Below, in pieces: positions 38,209 to 52,200 of a stretch of 64,000 nt of DNA. The notes below the pieces were generated by a model that worked only from the letters and a program-made list of their open reading frames with translations, searched no databases and was not told the DNA's origin. The translations under genes were made by a program, and so were the position numbers. The stretch comes from Octopus bimaculoides (lineage: Eukaryota). Numbering within the stretch: position 1 is the stretch's first letter; every line of letters starts with the position of its first letter. The stretch is from NCBI RefSeq assembly GCF_001194135.2, contig NC_068985.1, positions 61,006,151 through 61,070,150 on the forward strand, in the 5' to 3' direction.

Positions 38209-38896
38209 CTGGAGACTTACAGGGATGAGAGTAAAATTAATGATTTTGTGGTTAATTAATGATTTCTAACATTGACACAAGCTAACAAGTTTAAGGGAAG
38301 AGGTTAAATTGATTATAAAGACCTTAATACTTGACTGGTATATTTTATTGACCCTAGACAGATAAATGAGATAACTGGCTCAAGAGAAATTTAAATTCAG
38401 AGTGCAGGGATCATTAAAAAAAAAACATTTTTTTTTTTAATGGTAAGAACTGACACTAGTAGCATGTGAACTCACAATCAACAGACAGTAAATACATTCC
38501 TGCAATAAATGCTATAAAAAAGATTCAGCTGCAAGAGTAGGTTATTTATTGTTATTCAAGTAAAATAATAAAATTATGAAGCGACAAAAATTTTTACAAT
38601 GAACACATAATGTAAAGCTATCTCTTCTATAGGTTTCTGTTGACTTTTGACAGCTTTATAGAGACACTACTCTGTCATATATCACACAAGAGGACAAACT
38701 GATATAACAAAAGTAGCAGGGAACACACAGATACACAGCGAAGTACAGACACCATTGATGGGTGGACATAAAAACTGTGTCCACATAACTTACAGGTGTA
38801 TACTTCACTCTCCTTGATAACATAGTTCATGCTACTTGAGGGTAGTATAAAACATCTACATATCATTAAGCATGTATGTACACATAAGTGTGTGAG

Positions 38897-38932
<36 letters not shown>

Positions 38933-39959
38933 GCAGTGTAATATGTATGTAAATACATGTGGCTGCATTTATGAGTAGGTGTGTGTTTGTGTATATAGTT
39001 GTGTCTCTACATACATGTGTGTATATTATGTATATGTTTGTAGTTATGCATGCACATACAGACAAGTGTATGTATACATAAATGTGTGTGTGCATAGCCA
39101 TGTTTTATAAGCAGTATGTGTATGCAGTTGTATAAGTAGGTATTTGTGTGTGTACACTCAAACATAGCAACTATGACTGAAGCAGTCAAGAAATCCTCAC
39201 TCACCCACCTCTTCCACTGTCAATACCCAAAGAAAAAAAGAATGCGAAAAGGAAGTAGCCCAGCTCCTACCCTGCAAGTTGTTAACAGTATTGGGCATTG
39301 TGTATGGTAGTAGAAGCAGTAAGGACCGAGACTGACATAGTTTAAATAGTAACCCCCAAAAAGTAGGACTATTTACATTTGAATGCAAACTGGTTGAAAC
39401 AGAGACAAGAAAGGTGTATAATGGGTTGTAAAGGAAGTTTCTTAATGCTTATGGTATTAACCACTTTAATGTTTCAGTGGGGAGAGGGAGACAGCAGTAA
39501 GATTAGTAACATTAATTCTCTCTCTGTATATGTATGTGTGCACACAAAACACAAATATACATAGAATGGGTGAGAAGGTGCAACTGCAAGCAAGGAATAG
39601 ACAAGCACTGCATTAGTTAGAGCTTGGAATGATCAAATTCTTAAATTCCAACTTCCTAATCAGAGTAAAGTAATCCAGCAGAACAAGAGTTGGCCATAAA
39701 GAACAGAAAGCTTGAATGAATAATGAAGAGGTAAGAGGGGGGAAAAAAACCCATAAAAGGAAAGAATTTGTTTATGAGATGTTATGTGTGTATAGAATTT
39801 TATATATGTGTATTTATATAAATATTTATATATACTTCATATTCAAAGCTCTGATGAAGCTATAAGGTGTTACCCAACCACCCAGCTATGAGTTCATTGC
39901 ATCTTATAGCAGTAAAAACTGCAAGATAACGAAGTTCATAAGGTGTATGTGTGTGCGCA

Positions 39960-40200
39960 CACCCTTGTCTTGACATCATGTAATGGTTGTGAATGAGCAG
40001 CACCATCATGCAGGCAAAGATGCTTGCATCTATTCTTTGTTTTATTAAACATGTCTGACTAAGAGGAAATGTTACTTTGCTTAGAAACAGATGAGCTAGT
40101 GACAGGAAGGGCATCTGGCCATAGAAAATTTGACTCAATGAATCCCATAAGACCCATGGAAGCATGGCAGAGTAGACATCAAAAAGATATGATGATGATG
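39960..40200 (+). repeat. SINE-like repeat (here family D) ending in an RTE-like tail and (GAT)n
   Basis: ccttgtcttgacatca...ggaagggcatctggccatagaaaat...gcatgg..gatgatgatg; related copies at about 55290-55525 (+), 57165-57370 (-) and 57510-57740 (-). Confidence 0.65.
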
Positions 40201-42379
40201 ATGCCCACACATACATGCAAATAACCACTTGGTCTAATATAGTTTCAAAAAAGAAGAATAATACACTTAATGAAAAAATTGCTTGCTTTCATTATTAGAA
40301 TAGACAAAATAACAGGTGGGGGATGGTGTTGAAATGTTTTTTTTTTTGTTTTTTGTTATGACTGAGGAGAGTAGAATACTCACAGACACCAAAAGAAAAC
40401 ATTAAAAAAAAAACATATTGAAGTGGGCAGTTAATTAATATGACATAGTTTATGAGGTGACATTGAACAATAAATGAATTTTGATGAAGAAAGGCAGGGA
40501 AGACAACCCTTGAAATTTAAATCAAAATAAATTATATTTCTCAGACTATATGGCACCACTAAATCAGAGGTGAGTCTGACCTTTGACTGCATGATGATAA
40601 TGTGACTAAACTGTACCGCACCACACTCTACCACCACCACACTGAACTCCATTACAATAGACCCATTACCCTACCTCCCACTACACTGGTCCCATAGGAG
40701 TCTGACCTTTAGTAATATTGTAATAACTTTAGATATGGTTCAGTATTATTAAACTTGACTATATTTTAATTAGAATGATTTAATTCATACACATACTCAC
40801 TGTAAAAGTGTTGCTCTGTTAAATATGTTAATAGACACATAACTAGTATTTCTACAGTAAAGGTTAGGAAGAAATTATAACCCTGCTGACTGACCATGTT
40901 ATAGAATCTGAGAAATTCAAGGACAAACAATGACTTTAAGAATATTAATTCAAGTGAATAATTAAGAAAAGTTTGTCTGTCTTTTCTCTTTATTTCTAAT
41001 TACACAATTTATTGGTTTCAATTAATAGTAAAGGAATGAATGAAAGACAGAATGAATGATAGGATAAAAGAGTGAAAGACGAAATAAAAGAATCAATAAT
41101 AGATGGAATGAATGATGGACTTCATATAAATGACCAACACAATATCCCTAACCAACTAGCAAAGGCAGGGGGTCTCCAAGCTATTGCTTAACATACTAGA
41201 AAGTGCAACCATTTGTCCTTCAATTCACATCTTAAGACTATATTAAAAAGATAAAAAGGATACTTTAGATAGGGTAATCCTACATATAATATGTCTGGAG
41301 TGAGAGGGGGGTGGAGAGAGAGGGGGAGAGAGAGAGAAAGAGAGAGAGTCACTGCTTGAATGTTTTTGATGATATGTCTATAGGATTAGGGTTAAACAAT
41401 GTTACAGTCATCACTAGTTTAACATCTTTTACCATATCCTTACTATCATCTTGATGGAACCTTCAGGTACCATCTCTCTATCTTACTATGATTTTGGTGA
41501 AACACCCTTAGTTATCCTCACCACATCTTACCATCAGCTGTCTGGCTCCCTCAGCTACCCTCCCAATATCATTCTATCATTTTCATGACTCCTTCAACAA
41601 TTCTCACCCTGTCTTCATTTTGTTAAGTTCATCAGTTACATCTTATTAACAGATAAAAGATTGAGTGGTTGTTGTTTTTAGCCCCAGGTTAGCTCTGGTT
41701 GAGAGGACTTATGATCAAAAGAGATTTCAGCCATGACCATCCTGTCTCTTTGTGCATCTACAACTACACTGACAAAACTGTCCTCCCTTTTTTAAGATAG
41801 TCTAGTGTAATAAGAGGTAATTTGGCTGCTAGAATGACTTCACATAGTCTTTTGTACACAATCCTAAACAGCAACTAATTAGTAGAACTGACAGCTATTT
41901 CAAGCTGACACAGACATTAATGATTACACAAATAAAGCCTAAAGAACTAGTGTAAGTGGGGAAGATGTTGAACAACAAATGGATTAAGTTAGAAAACTGA
42001 CATTTTGAGTTCATGTCCAGTGACTTCTTCATCTTCCTCCAGGATCCATAACAATATCGATAACAGCGAATCAAGTATGACTTCTATTCTTATAAAAAGA
42101 TCTGGCTCAGGCTAAAAGCAATACTAATTCTCATAATTCTCCGATGATTGACAACGCACACACACACACACACACACAAACACTAGTTTGTAGATGTCCA
42201 CATGTGTATGTATGTATGTAGATGTCCACATGTGTATGTAGTGTATGTGTATGTGTAGTGTATATAGTTGCCATGTCTATATGTGTTTATAGTAACTATG
42301 TGTAAAAGTATGACACTGCTTGTATGATGATGAAACTCTTACAAATACCACATGATGTCAAAATATGGAGACACACATG

Positions 42380-45192
42380 CTAACTGCCAGCAAACCATGG
42401 AACAACCTTTCTTATTCTTTACAGATGCAACAACAGCCTTCTAATTGATGATACACCCTTCCGTCCTGTGGATTCCAAGATGTTAGGGCTTCAGTCATAA
42501 ATGTGGGCAGGATAAAAGATAGGTCTGGTGTGACTGGGGAAATGCTGGAGGGGAAACAAGTGAACGTTTGTTGCGTGCAACAGGTACGATGGAAAGTATA
42601 CTCAACCAAACTTCTTATGGGCAAAAGACAAAGCTACAAATTCTTCTGAAGGAGTAACAATGATGGTAGTGACAGAGTAGGCATAGTGTTAGTTGAGAAA
42701 TGAATGGAGAAAGTAATTGAGGTATAGTGAGAGTATGTGACAGGATTATCAAGATGCGGCTAGTTATAGACAACTCAACAGCAACAGTTATCTTGGCATA
42801 TGTCCCACAAGCAGGACTAACAGAAGTACAGAAGGACTGTTTCTATGAGACTCTTCTGCAGATTACCTCAGCAACAACTGACAATGATTTCATTATCGTG
42901 GCTGACGATTTCAACGGTCATGTTGACCAACACATCAATGGCTTCCACTCATACAAGGAAGCAATGGATATAGTGAAAGAAATGAGGAAGGTCTACTGTT
43001 CCTGGAGTTCTGAGATGCAACTGATCTAACAATTTGCAACACACTTTAGAATCTGGTACACATGCAAGTCAGACAGATTATGTTCTTGCCAGCAAAAGGT
43101 ACAGAACATCCGTTGTAAATGCCAAAACTCTTCCTGGAGAAGAATGTACTGCACAACATAAATTAATGGTTACTGACTTCATAGTTAAAGCTAGGAAGAC
43201 ACAGAGATAAATGACATGGAGAAGGAAGACATGAAAATTGAAAGATCCTGCAATTGGGAAGGTGGAAATTTAGATACCTGTAATGTAGATGAAAACTGGG
43301 AATTTCTATGAAATAACTTGTTCAACACCAATGAACAGACATGTGGCTGGATTAAAGTCCCAACCAAGCCAAAAGTAACATGGTTGTGGAATGATACAGT
43401 GGATAGGGCAATAAAGGCAAAGAAACAGGCATGGAAAACTTGGAAGGAAGGGGTTAGTAGGAAACATTACCAAGTGGCTTGAAGAGCAGTTAGGCAAGAG
43501 CTATATTCGGCTAATCATGAAGCAAAGAAGAAGAGATTTGGACATGTCTTGCAGCATGAGGATCAGAGGTGTGAAGTGTTTAGGATCACAAAGCAGTGTG
43601 AAAGAGAGAACCAAGATGTCATTGGTGAGAAGCATATTTAGAATGATGAAGGCATATTTGTCATTGATATGAAAGATAACAAAGTGGTGTAGAAGTGCTA
43701 TTATGAGAATGCAAGGGATGAAGAGAGGTTACATTGAGCAGACCTTACAGAGAAACCAATTCAAGTTGATTGCCACATAGAAAATAAGGTGATCAAGGAA
43801 ATGAAGAGTAGGACAGCTGCAGAGATGCTCAAAACATCTGGTGAGGTAAGCTACAGGATTACCACTCAGATAGTAAATAAGGTTATACATGGGGGAGTCA
43901 TATCCATTGACTGGTGTAGCAGTATCATTGCAAACCACTGCAAAGGCAAAGGGAGAATACCTTTGAGAGAAGCAGTTATAGAGGAATTAAATGAATGGAT
44001 CAAGTTATGAAGGTCACAGAGAATGTCATTGCACAATTGATTCATGGAAGGATAGATAAGATGAAGCTTGGTTTCATGCCTAGAAGAGATGCAATCTTCC
44101 CAGAGAGGCAACTACAGGAGAAAACTTGGTGATGAATAAACCATTGTTCCTAGCCTTTGTTAACCAAGAGAAGGCATTTGACAGGGTACCATATTCCATA
44201 ATCTGGTGTTCACTAAGGAAACTAGGCTTCTGAGAACTGTGCAAGCTATGTACAAAGATGCAGTAAGTAAAGCAAGAGTCAACAATAACTTCAGTGAGGA
44301 ATTTAGTGTGAGGATTGGAGTCCATCATGGCTCAGTTCTCGGTCTTCACTATTAATCATAGTCATACATGCCATCACTGAGGAGTTTAAGACTGGTCATC
44401 CATGGGAACTCCTATATACTGATGATCTAGTTCTCATTGGTGAACATATAGGAGAGTTAGAGAGGAAATTCCAGGCATGGAAGCTAAACCTAGAATTGAG
44501 AGTTCTTAAGGTGAACTTAGCAAAGAGGAAAGTTTTAGTAAGTAGGAAAGACAGGATCCTGGTACCCTCAGGGAAATAGCTTTGTTTGATATGCAGAAAA
44601 GGAGTAGGTATAAACTCCATATGCTGCACTCACTGTAAGCTATGGATAGAGAAGAGATGTAGCAGAATCATAGACAAACTAGCAAAAAACATAAGCTTCA
44701 TATGTGACAGATGGACTGGAACAGTATGTTCCATGAACACACCAAAAATGAACCCCTTGAATAACTGAATGGCTCACTAGAAGTAGTTGAAAGTTTTTGT
44801 AACTGAGGAGATGTCATCAACAAAAAAAAATGATTGCCTTGAAAGAATAGCAGCCTGATTAAGAACAAGTTAGAAAAAGTTCAGAGAGCTGTGTGCATGA
44901 ATGTGTTGAGAAAGACTTGGCATAAGAGAAATCAGATACAAGAAAGAAGACTGTGCTACTACAGATATGTGATGTGTAAGAATGAGGACAGATGTACTAA
45001 GAAGTGCTGATCACTAAATGCAGCTGGAGCCTGTGGACAAGGAAAACCCAGGAAGACATGGGATAAAGTGGTGAAGGCTGGCCTCAGGACATTGTGCTTT
45101 GCAGGAGAAATGACAAAAGACCTGGACATCTAACAATATAAAGTTCTCATGAAAATCTACCCATTGCAGTAAAACTGGTGTGTACATATGTG

Positions 45193-45243
<51 letters not shown>

Positions 45244-45735
45244 GTGGGAGTGTGTGTGCATAATAAATACCCTCCTCACATCTCTACCCCCATACAATCT
45301 TGCAACCCCTCCCCAACTACTACATGATATGCACTTGAACACATCACCACTATCTCTTTGGGGATACCACTAATTCCTTTTCACTCATCCACCTAAAGGT
45401 GAGTTACCATGTAGCTCCTCTACAACATGAACCTGCTCTACCCCAACCTCTTCCCTCATACCTTAATCCCTATATAACATGAGGATACAGTGCCCCCATC
45501 TCCTTGAGTTTAAAGACTTGCAAGCTACAAAATGACCTTAATAGTGAAGTGGCATGAAAAGAAGCACCCAGTACAAACTGTCAAGTGGTGCTAGGCATTA
45601 AGAAGGGTATTCAGGTGTAGAAACTATGCCAAAGCAGACATTGGAACACAATACCATCCTTGGACTCACTGAATCCAGACAAACCATTCAAACCATGCCA
45701 GTATGGAATATGGATGTTAAATGATGATGATGATA
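42380..45735 (+). mobile_element. Near-full-length, decayed RTE-clade LINE (APE endonuclease, RT, 3' UTR and tail)
   Basis: Endonuclease: VVRVCDRIIKMRLVI..AYVPQAGL..DDFNGHV. RT: HGSVLG..ITEEFKTGHPWELLYTDDLVLI..VNLAKRKVL, with an embedded ICRKGVGINSICCTHCKLWIEKRCS motif. C-terminal CGQGKPRKTWDKVVK, then (TG)n, a CT-rich UTR and the (gat)n tail. Confidence 0.88.
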
Positions 45736-48700
45736 TGGTGGCCTTATTTCAGTTTCTGTCAACTAAATCCACTCACAAGGCTTTGGTCAGTTTAGAACTA
45801 TAGTAGAAGATACTTGCCCAAGGTGTGATGTAGTGGGACTGAACTCCTTAATCACACAGCTATGCTGTGCCTATTAAGTATATAGATGCAGGCATGGCTA
45901 CATATCTAACCCTAAAGAATGGCCACAAAAAATTGAAACTAAATTTTAAATGTATCGCAAGGTCACTGGACATGAAATGGAAGTGCACAGATGTGGGGAA
46001 CATTCAGTTTTAAGAATCTTAAGAATAGATAAAATTTAGTTGGATATTGATTCAGCTTTTATTCTGGGTTCATCTGGATTCCATTGAGTTTATGCTGAAT
46101 TGTGAGTTGAGAGGGGAGACAGAGATACAGAGAATGAAAGGGATAGAGGGAGGGAGAAAGCATATAAATGGGCAACATGAAAAAATGGAAAGAAACAATC
46201 GCTAATAATGAAAGAGTAAAGAAAGACAAAAAAAAAATTATCAAATAGCTGGGACAGTCTATAAAGTAAAGTTGACATTCTTTAAAAATAAAAAAAAAAT
46301 GGATTGAAATTCCTTAAAAGTCACAAAATAAATATAATAGAGCAAAAGAAATTGTAATTAACAGAAGACTGTCAAGTTTTTAGATTTTAAGACTGAAGAG
46401 AAATTTGGAAATAGAAACAAAAGAAATAAGCAAAAAGATTTAAAAGGAAAAAAGAAATAAAATGTTTTCAGAGAAAATTGAAAGTATGTTTTTACCAAGT
46501 TTGGATTTATTTAGATAATATATATAAATGGGTTAAAACAGCAAAGTGTAGCTGAAGGGGTTGGAATAAAACATAGGCAGAAATAATATGAGTTTTAGCC
46601 AGTAAGATAGGTTTAATGTTAACAGACATCAAAGAAATTAATTAATAACACATTTACAATGTTTTGTGCTACATTGATAGAAATTTTGGTTTATCAGAAT
46701 AGTAAAAAAGTTAGCAGTAAAGATAAATCTGACAGACATAATTGGTTACGCCATGTTTTAGGGTGTTTCAGAATCCAGATAAAACTCATGGTTATCAAAA
46801 GTACTTGAGGGCTAGCACTTGGAGAACTATTGGTTGATGTAGAGGAGCTATATGGTATCTCACCCTTGGATAATAAAAGAAGAGATACACAATGCCTGAT
46901 AATAAAAAAAAAAGAAAAACTGATTGGTCATGGCCAGAATGTTTTTGACCATAAACCTGTCTGATCAGGGATGGTTTAGTGCTAAACAACAACAAAAGGT
47001 AATTGGAAACTAAAATGAAGAAACCAAAGAGAGATAGAAAGAATGGTTATCATCATTAATAAAATAATGTAGTACCAAAATTAATGACATCTAATCCCCA
47101 GAACATTCGTTTTCAAAGAGCCTTATCTCTTATGGTACTGCTTCAGCATGTAAGGAGGATAATTCTATATTACCGAAGATTATTTCAGAAGATATTTGGA
47201 GGATTAGAAAAATCTACAATAAATAATGCTTTCAAGAAGAATGATAAAATGATGTAGAATTCTGTAATGACTAAATCAAAGTTCTAAAAATAAATTATAA
47301 ATTTGTCAGAGATGAAAGAAGTTATGAAAATGATAAAATTTAATCTGTAATTTCTACTTTCTATCTCTCTGGTGGCCACTGAAAATAATTATGAATGATT
47401 AATAATCACTTGAAATTACAGTCATCTGGTACTAACATCTGCCAGACTCTTTCTTTGCATATTTTCAGCAAGATTATTTTTTATAAACTTCATTACCTAA
47501 TTCTTTATCTTCCCATTAGGTGTCATTAGTTGTGAGAGACAAACTAAAGAATTAAAGAGGACATATTAACTACTACATAACCCATCACTGATGTTTCAAT
47601 TATCCTTGTTACACAACGAATGAGATTGAAATCAGCAGTTTCCAACTTTGTTTTACTCATGGCACCTTCTCCTCTTCTTTACCTCAGTGGTCCCACTTCA
47701 TAAATGTTTATTAAATGAAAAAATATTTTCCCATTCGTCAAGTTTATTAGTTGCAGCTGTGTCATCTAAAAACAAACATGTCCATTTTTTTAGCAGAGGA
47801 AACTGTGTTTAACAAACAAAACTCTATAAAGACATAAATGTGTGTGTAGGAGTCATATTGCAGTAAGGTCTGACATACATTAACTTTAATAATGTGGAAT
47901 TTATTAACAAGAAAATATTATTAGAAATCCTAAAATATATAAACTCAAAGAAGTATGAGGAAAATGGATGTTAAATGATGGTGGTGATGCTGATGACAGT
48001 GGTAGTGTGGTGGTGAAACTGATGATGATGACATTGGGGGCATGATTATAGTGGTGGTAATAGTGGTGGCTAGGATGATGATAATGATGAAGGCCATCTG
48101 TACTGTGGTACACCAAGCTACATCTCATTGCACAACAATGTATTGTCGCACATTGCATTGAGGTGCCATGCAATGTAATGAAGAGTGCAACAAAAATAAT
48201 CTAATTTTATTTAAATAATAATGCAGAGGTTCTAATTGTAACTATTATTTCTAACTATCACAGACACTACAACTCTTAAATTAATTATACCTTTCTAGAT
48301 TACATCTTAATGAAACTATTTTACTTCAGTCTTTAAATAGAAACTGTAGAAGAAATCCCAGCAGAAGTCTCAAAGTCAAACCATGCCAAATCTAGGCAGC
48401 AACACTTTCATCATTTTATAAACTGAATCAAGTTTAATAAATCTTTACTGCAAAACTGTTCTACACCATCTGATTCAATCTTGTCTGTTTTGGTCACATT
48501 TTTTTTTTGTTTGACACACTGAAACCAACAGACCAATTATCATGCATCTGCCTATTCTGGAGTAGTAGACATGTAGATTTCTAAGTATTTGGGTGGCCAG
48601 AAAACAGCATAGTAGTAATATACTCAGACCCCTATCAAAGTACTCTGTGCAACCAATGGTACAATACTCTGACTACAGTACTGTATGTACTCTACAGAAC

Positions 48701-50629
48701 CAAATCTCACATCATACAGTGTGTAATATAGTAACAGATCAAACTAAAACATGTTATATCACAAATACTGGACTGAGATGCTGCTTCTAAACCTTTAACT
48801 ACTTCTATTGTTGAGGTCTGCTGGCAAAGATGAAGACCACATAAATCAAAACAGATATTTCTTTTCTTTCCATTAATATTGACTAATTCAACAAAAGAAA
48901 ATAATCCAAAGTTTCATTGTATTGTAGAGATGAGTCAAGAGAAATTATGTAAAGTGCAAAGTGTAAAAGAGAATATTCCTGCCATCCTGAAGTATGAATT
49001 GAGAGTCTCACATTGAGTATTCTCAAATATCTTGAAGAGAGTTCATTTGTTCTTCCATGCCTGTATTGTTTAGGCATATATTATTGAGACATTGTCAAAA
49101 TTATGATGATAAGAAAACACACTATTTTGCTAATAATGTTGCTCTAATTGTTATACCACAATTCTAAATATGGACATAGGAATGCCAAAGGAATGGTACT
49201 TCTATGGATATTGGCAGAACTGTTAGAGAGCTTGGATCAAATACAGTTGTTTGTTTATGTTCTGAGTTCAAATCACACCAAGGTCAACTCTACCTTTCAT
49301 CTTTCCAGAGTGGATTAAATAAAATACCAGTCATGTACTGGGGTACATATAACCAACAATATTACCCCACCACTACTTAAATGTGGTCCTGTGGCACTAT
49401 TAGAAATTAATAATTAAACTATTTTAATAATAAATGAGTGAACATTTCTAGTGAAATTATTTAAATAAATTTTTAAATAAATAAAAACACTTTTTCATAC
49501 AACATGAGAATCAGTAATTTATCTTATTCAAGTAAATTAACAAGCTTTTATAATGATGTAGTCATCAATGGTTAATTGATATTATTGGTTTACAAAAAGC
49601 AAATAGGATTTGTGACACTGAAACCTTTATTTAAATCATTAGGGACAAGAATTTGGTAGATTCTACTACATCAAAGTATTAAAGTATTGTTTTATTTCTT
49701 TCAGTCATTTGATTGAAACCATGTTGGGGTACCGTCTTCAGTCAAGTATTTCAACTATAATACCTTACCAGGAGATCATTTCATCAATCTTGGATGGTGG
49801 AACAGCTAAGTTGAGCTTGATGTAAATGGATGTAACTAGAACATAATCAAATATATATATTTTTGTTTGATGCATTAAAGCCAACAGACCAGTTATCATG
49901 CATCTACCTATTCATGAGTAAGTAGACATGTAGGTTGTTGCTAAATATTTGGTTGATTATCTCCATAACACAGATCTACTTAAATAGCACTGACCCAACA
50001 TTTTATCAGATCAACAACACTAATATCATAAGATCTAAAATAGCCCAAAATTGATGTTAAAATGTATGATAATTAATCATTTCTTATACTGGCACAGGGC
50101 CATGCATCTTCATGAAGTGGTAATACAATCTATTGACTTAAACTCCTATAAACATAGGTTCTACAGGGTCCATTAGCCCTAAATGAATTACAAACAAGGT
50201 TGATGTTACTGAAATTTGAATTCAAAGGGAGATAAAACTAAATACTACACAGCATCTAATCCAGCCAGCCTACTGCAATAATTACAGCAGACAACTACCT
50301 GATTAATATTATAGAATTATAATAAATCATAATAAGTACAAATACAACCGGTCCTATATGCATTCTGTTTAATCACCTCACAATACTATATAACACAACC
50401 CATCCCACACAACACATCAAAATAATCACCATTCAGTATTATAATACAACAATCACCACCCAATACTATAACACAACACACATCATCAATATAATCACCA
50501 TCCAGTACTATTATTCATGTTCTACACAATCACATCCTAATGCTACAGAAACTTTAATAAATAAAACCAAAAAAATGCTATTTTGTTGCTATTTCTTGTT
50601 GAGCATCTTCCTAACACCTAGAGCAAAGA

Positions 50630-51560
50630 AACTCAGCAGAATCATTAGCATGCTGGGCAAAATGCTTAGTGGCATTTCATCTGTCCTTACTTTCTGAGTT
50701 CAAATTCCACTGAGGTCAACTTTGCCTTTCATCCTTTTGGGGTCAATAAAGTAAGTACCAGTGACACATTGGGAGTCAATGTAACTGACTATCCCACTAC
50801 CCCAGAGATTCAGGTCTTGTGCCCATAGTAGAAAAGATTATAATTATTACCATTACTATTATTATCAACAAGGTGATGAGCTGGCAGAATTGTTAGCACA
50901 CAAGGCAAAATGCTTAGTGGCATTTCATCTGTCATTATGTCCCGAGTTCAACTTTGCCTTTCATCCTTTTGAGGTCAATGAAATGAGTACCAGTTGAACA
51001 CTGGTATTAATGTAATCAACTTATCCCCTTCCTGAAATTGCTGGCCATGTACCAAAATTTGAAACCATTATTATTATTATCATCATCATCATCATCATCA
51101 TCATCATTATGGTTGCAAGCTGGCAGAATCCTTAGCACACCGGGCAAAATGCTTAGTGGCATTTAGTTTATCTTCACATTCAAAGTTCAAATTCTGCCAG
51201 GGTTGGCTCTGCTTTTCATCCATTCAAGGTTGATGAAAGAAGTAGTAGTTTAACACTGGGGTCGATGTAATTGACTTACCCCCAACTCCCACGAAATTGC
51301 TGGCCTTGAGCCAAAATTTGAAACCATAATTATTATTATAATAAAAAGGCAGCAAGCTGGCAGAATCGTTAGCATGCTGGGTGAAATGCTTAGTAGTATT
51401 TCGTCCGGCACTATGTTCTGAGTTCAAATTCTGCCAAGGTTGACTTTGCCTTTCATCCTTTCAGGGTCAATAAATTAAGTACCAGTTGAACACTGGGATC
51501 GATGTAATCAACACATCCCCTCCCGCAAAACAGCTGCCATTGTGGCAAAATTTGAAACCG
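50630..51560 (+). repeat. Four head-to-tail family-A SINE copies separated by (ATT)n/(ATC)n
   Basis: Units start near 50630, 50865, 51110 and 51345, each gagctggcagaat..ttagca..aaatgcttag...gagttcaaatt...ctttcatcc...aaatttgaaacc. Confidence 0.85.
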
Positions 51561-52029
51561 TTATTATTATTATTTCCATTCTTTGAAGGATTGGTGGTGA
51601 GCATACACAATTATGTTCCAAGAAAGACTCCAGATATAAACATAGATCAACTGAATAGCAAATTCAAGAGACTTTCAACCCAGAGAATATGGACAACATT
51701 TAGTAGCCATGATGAAAAAGATTGTATGGTGGACAAGATTAAAAAGCCTGTAAACAATTCTCTCTTCCACTGAACCCTATCTACTATTTCAAGTTTTATT
51801 TGGAAACAAAGGTGAAGGTAGGAAGAAAGGTGCTGCCCTTAGGTGAGTTTGATAGATGGTTGTAATGAGAATGACCTGCATGAATAGCTATACTTTCTAA
51901 GACAATTCTTTTTTAAATCTGCCAGTCTATAAATGTGTGAAGAGCTGTATGAGGAACAATGCATCTAATTAACTCCAGTAGCTAACATCACAGAAGACAC
52001 TGTGTCAATAAAGTGTTTCTATATGACTA

Positions 52030-52200
52030 CTGAACCTGCTAGAAATAGCAACAATATCCTCCTTACATCACACTTTACTGTATCAAATAAAAGATATATT
52101 GGGCAATGTAGTCTTTGGTGTACTAAAACACAGGACAGACATGGCTGGAATGTTTTGGATCATGAATCATTCTATCAAGACTAACCTGGGGCTAAACATC
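52030..52200 (+). repeat. Unclassified interspersed repeat (here family E)
   Basis: ctgctagaaatagca...catggctggaatg..ttgatcat...ctggggctaaaca; related decayed copies near 4680-4880, 25100-25170, 41680-41830, 46880-46995, 53930-54140 and 56920-57095. Confidence 0.55.
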
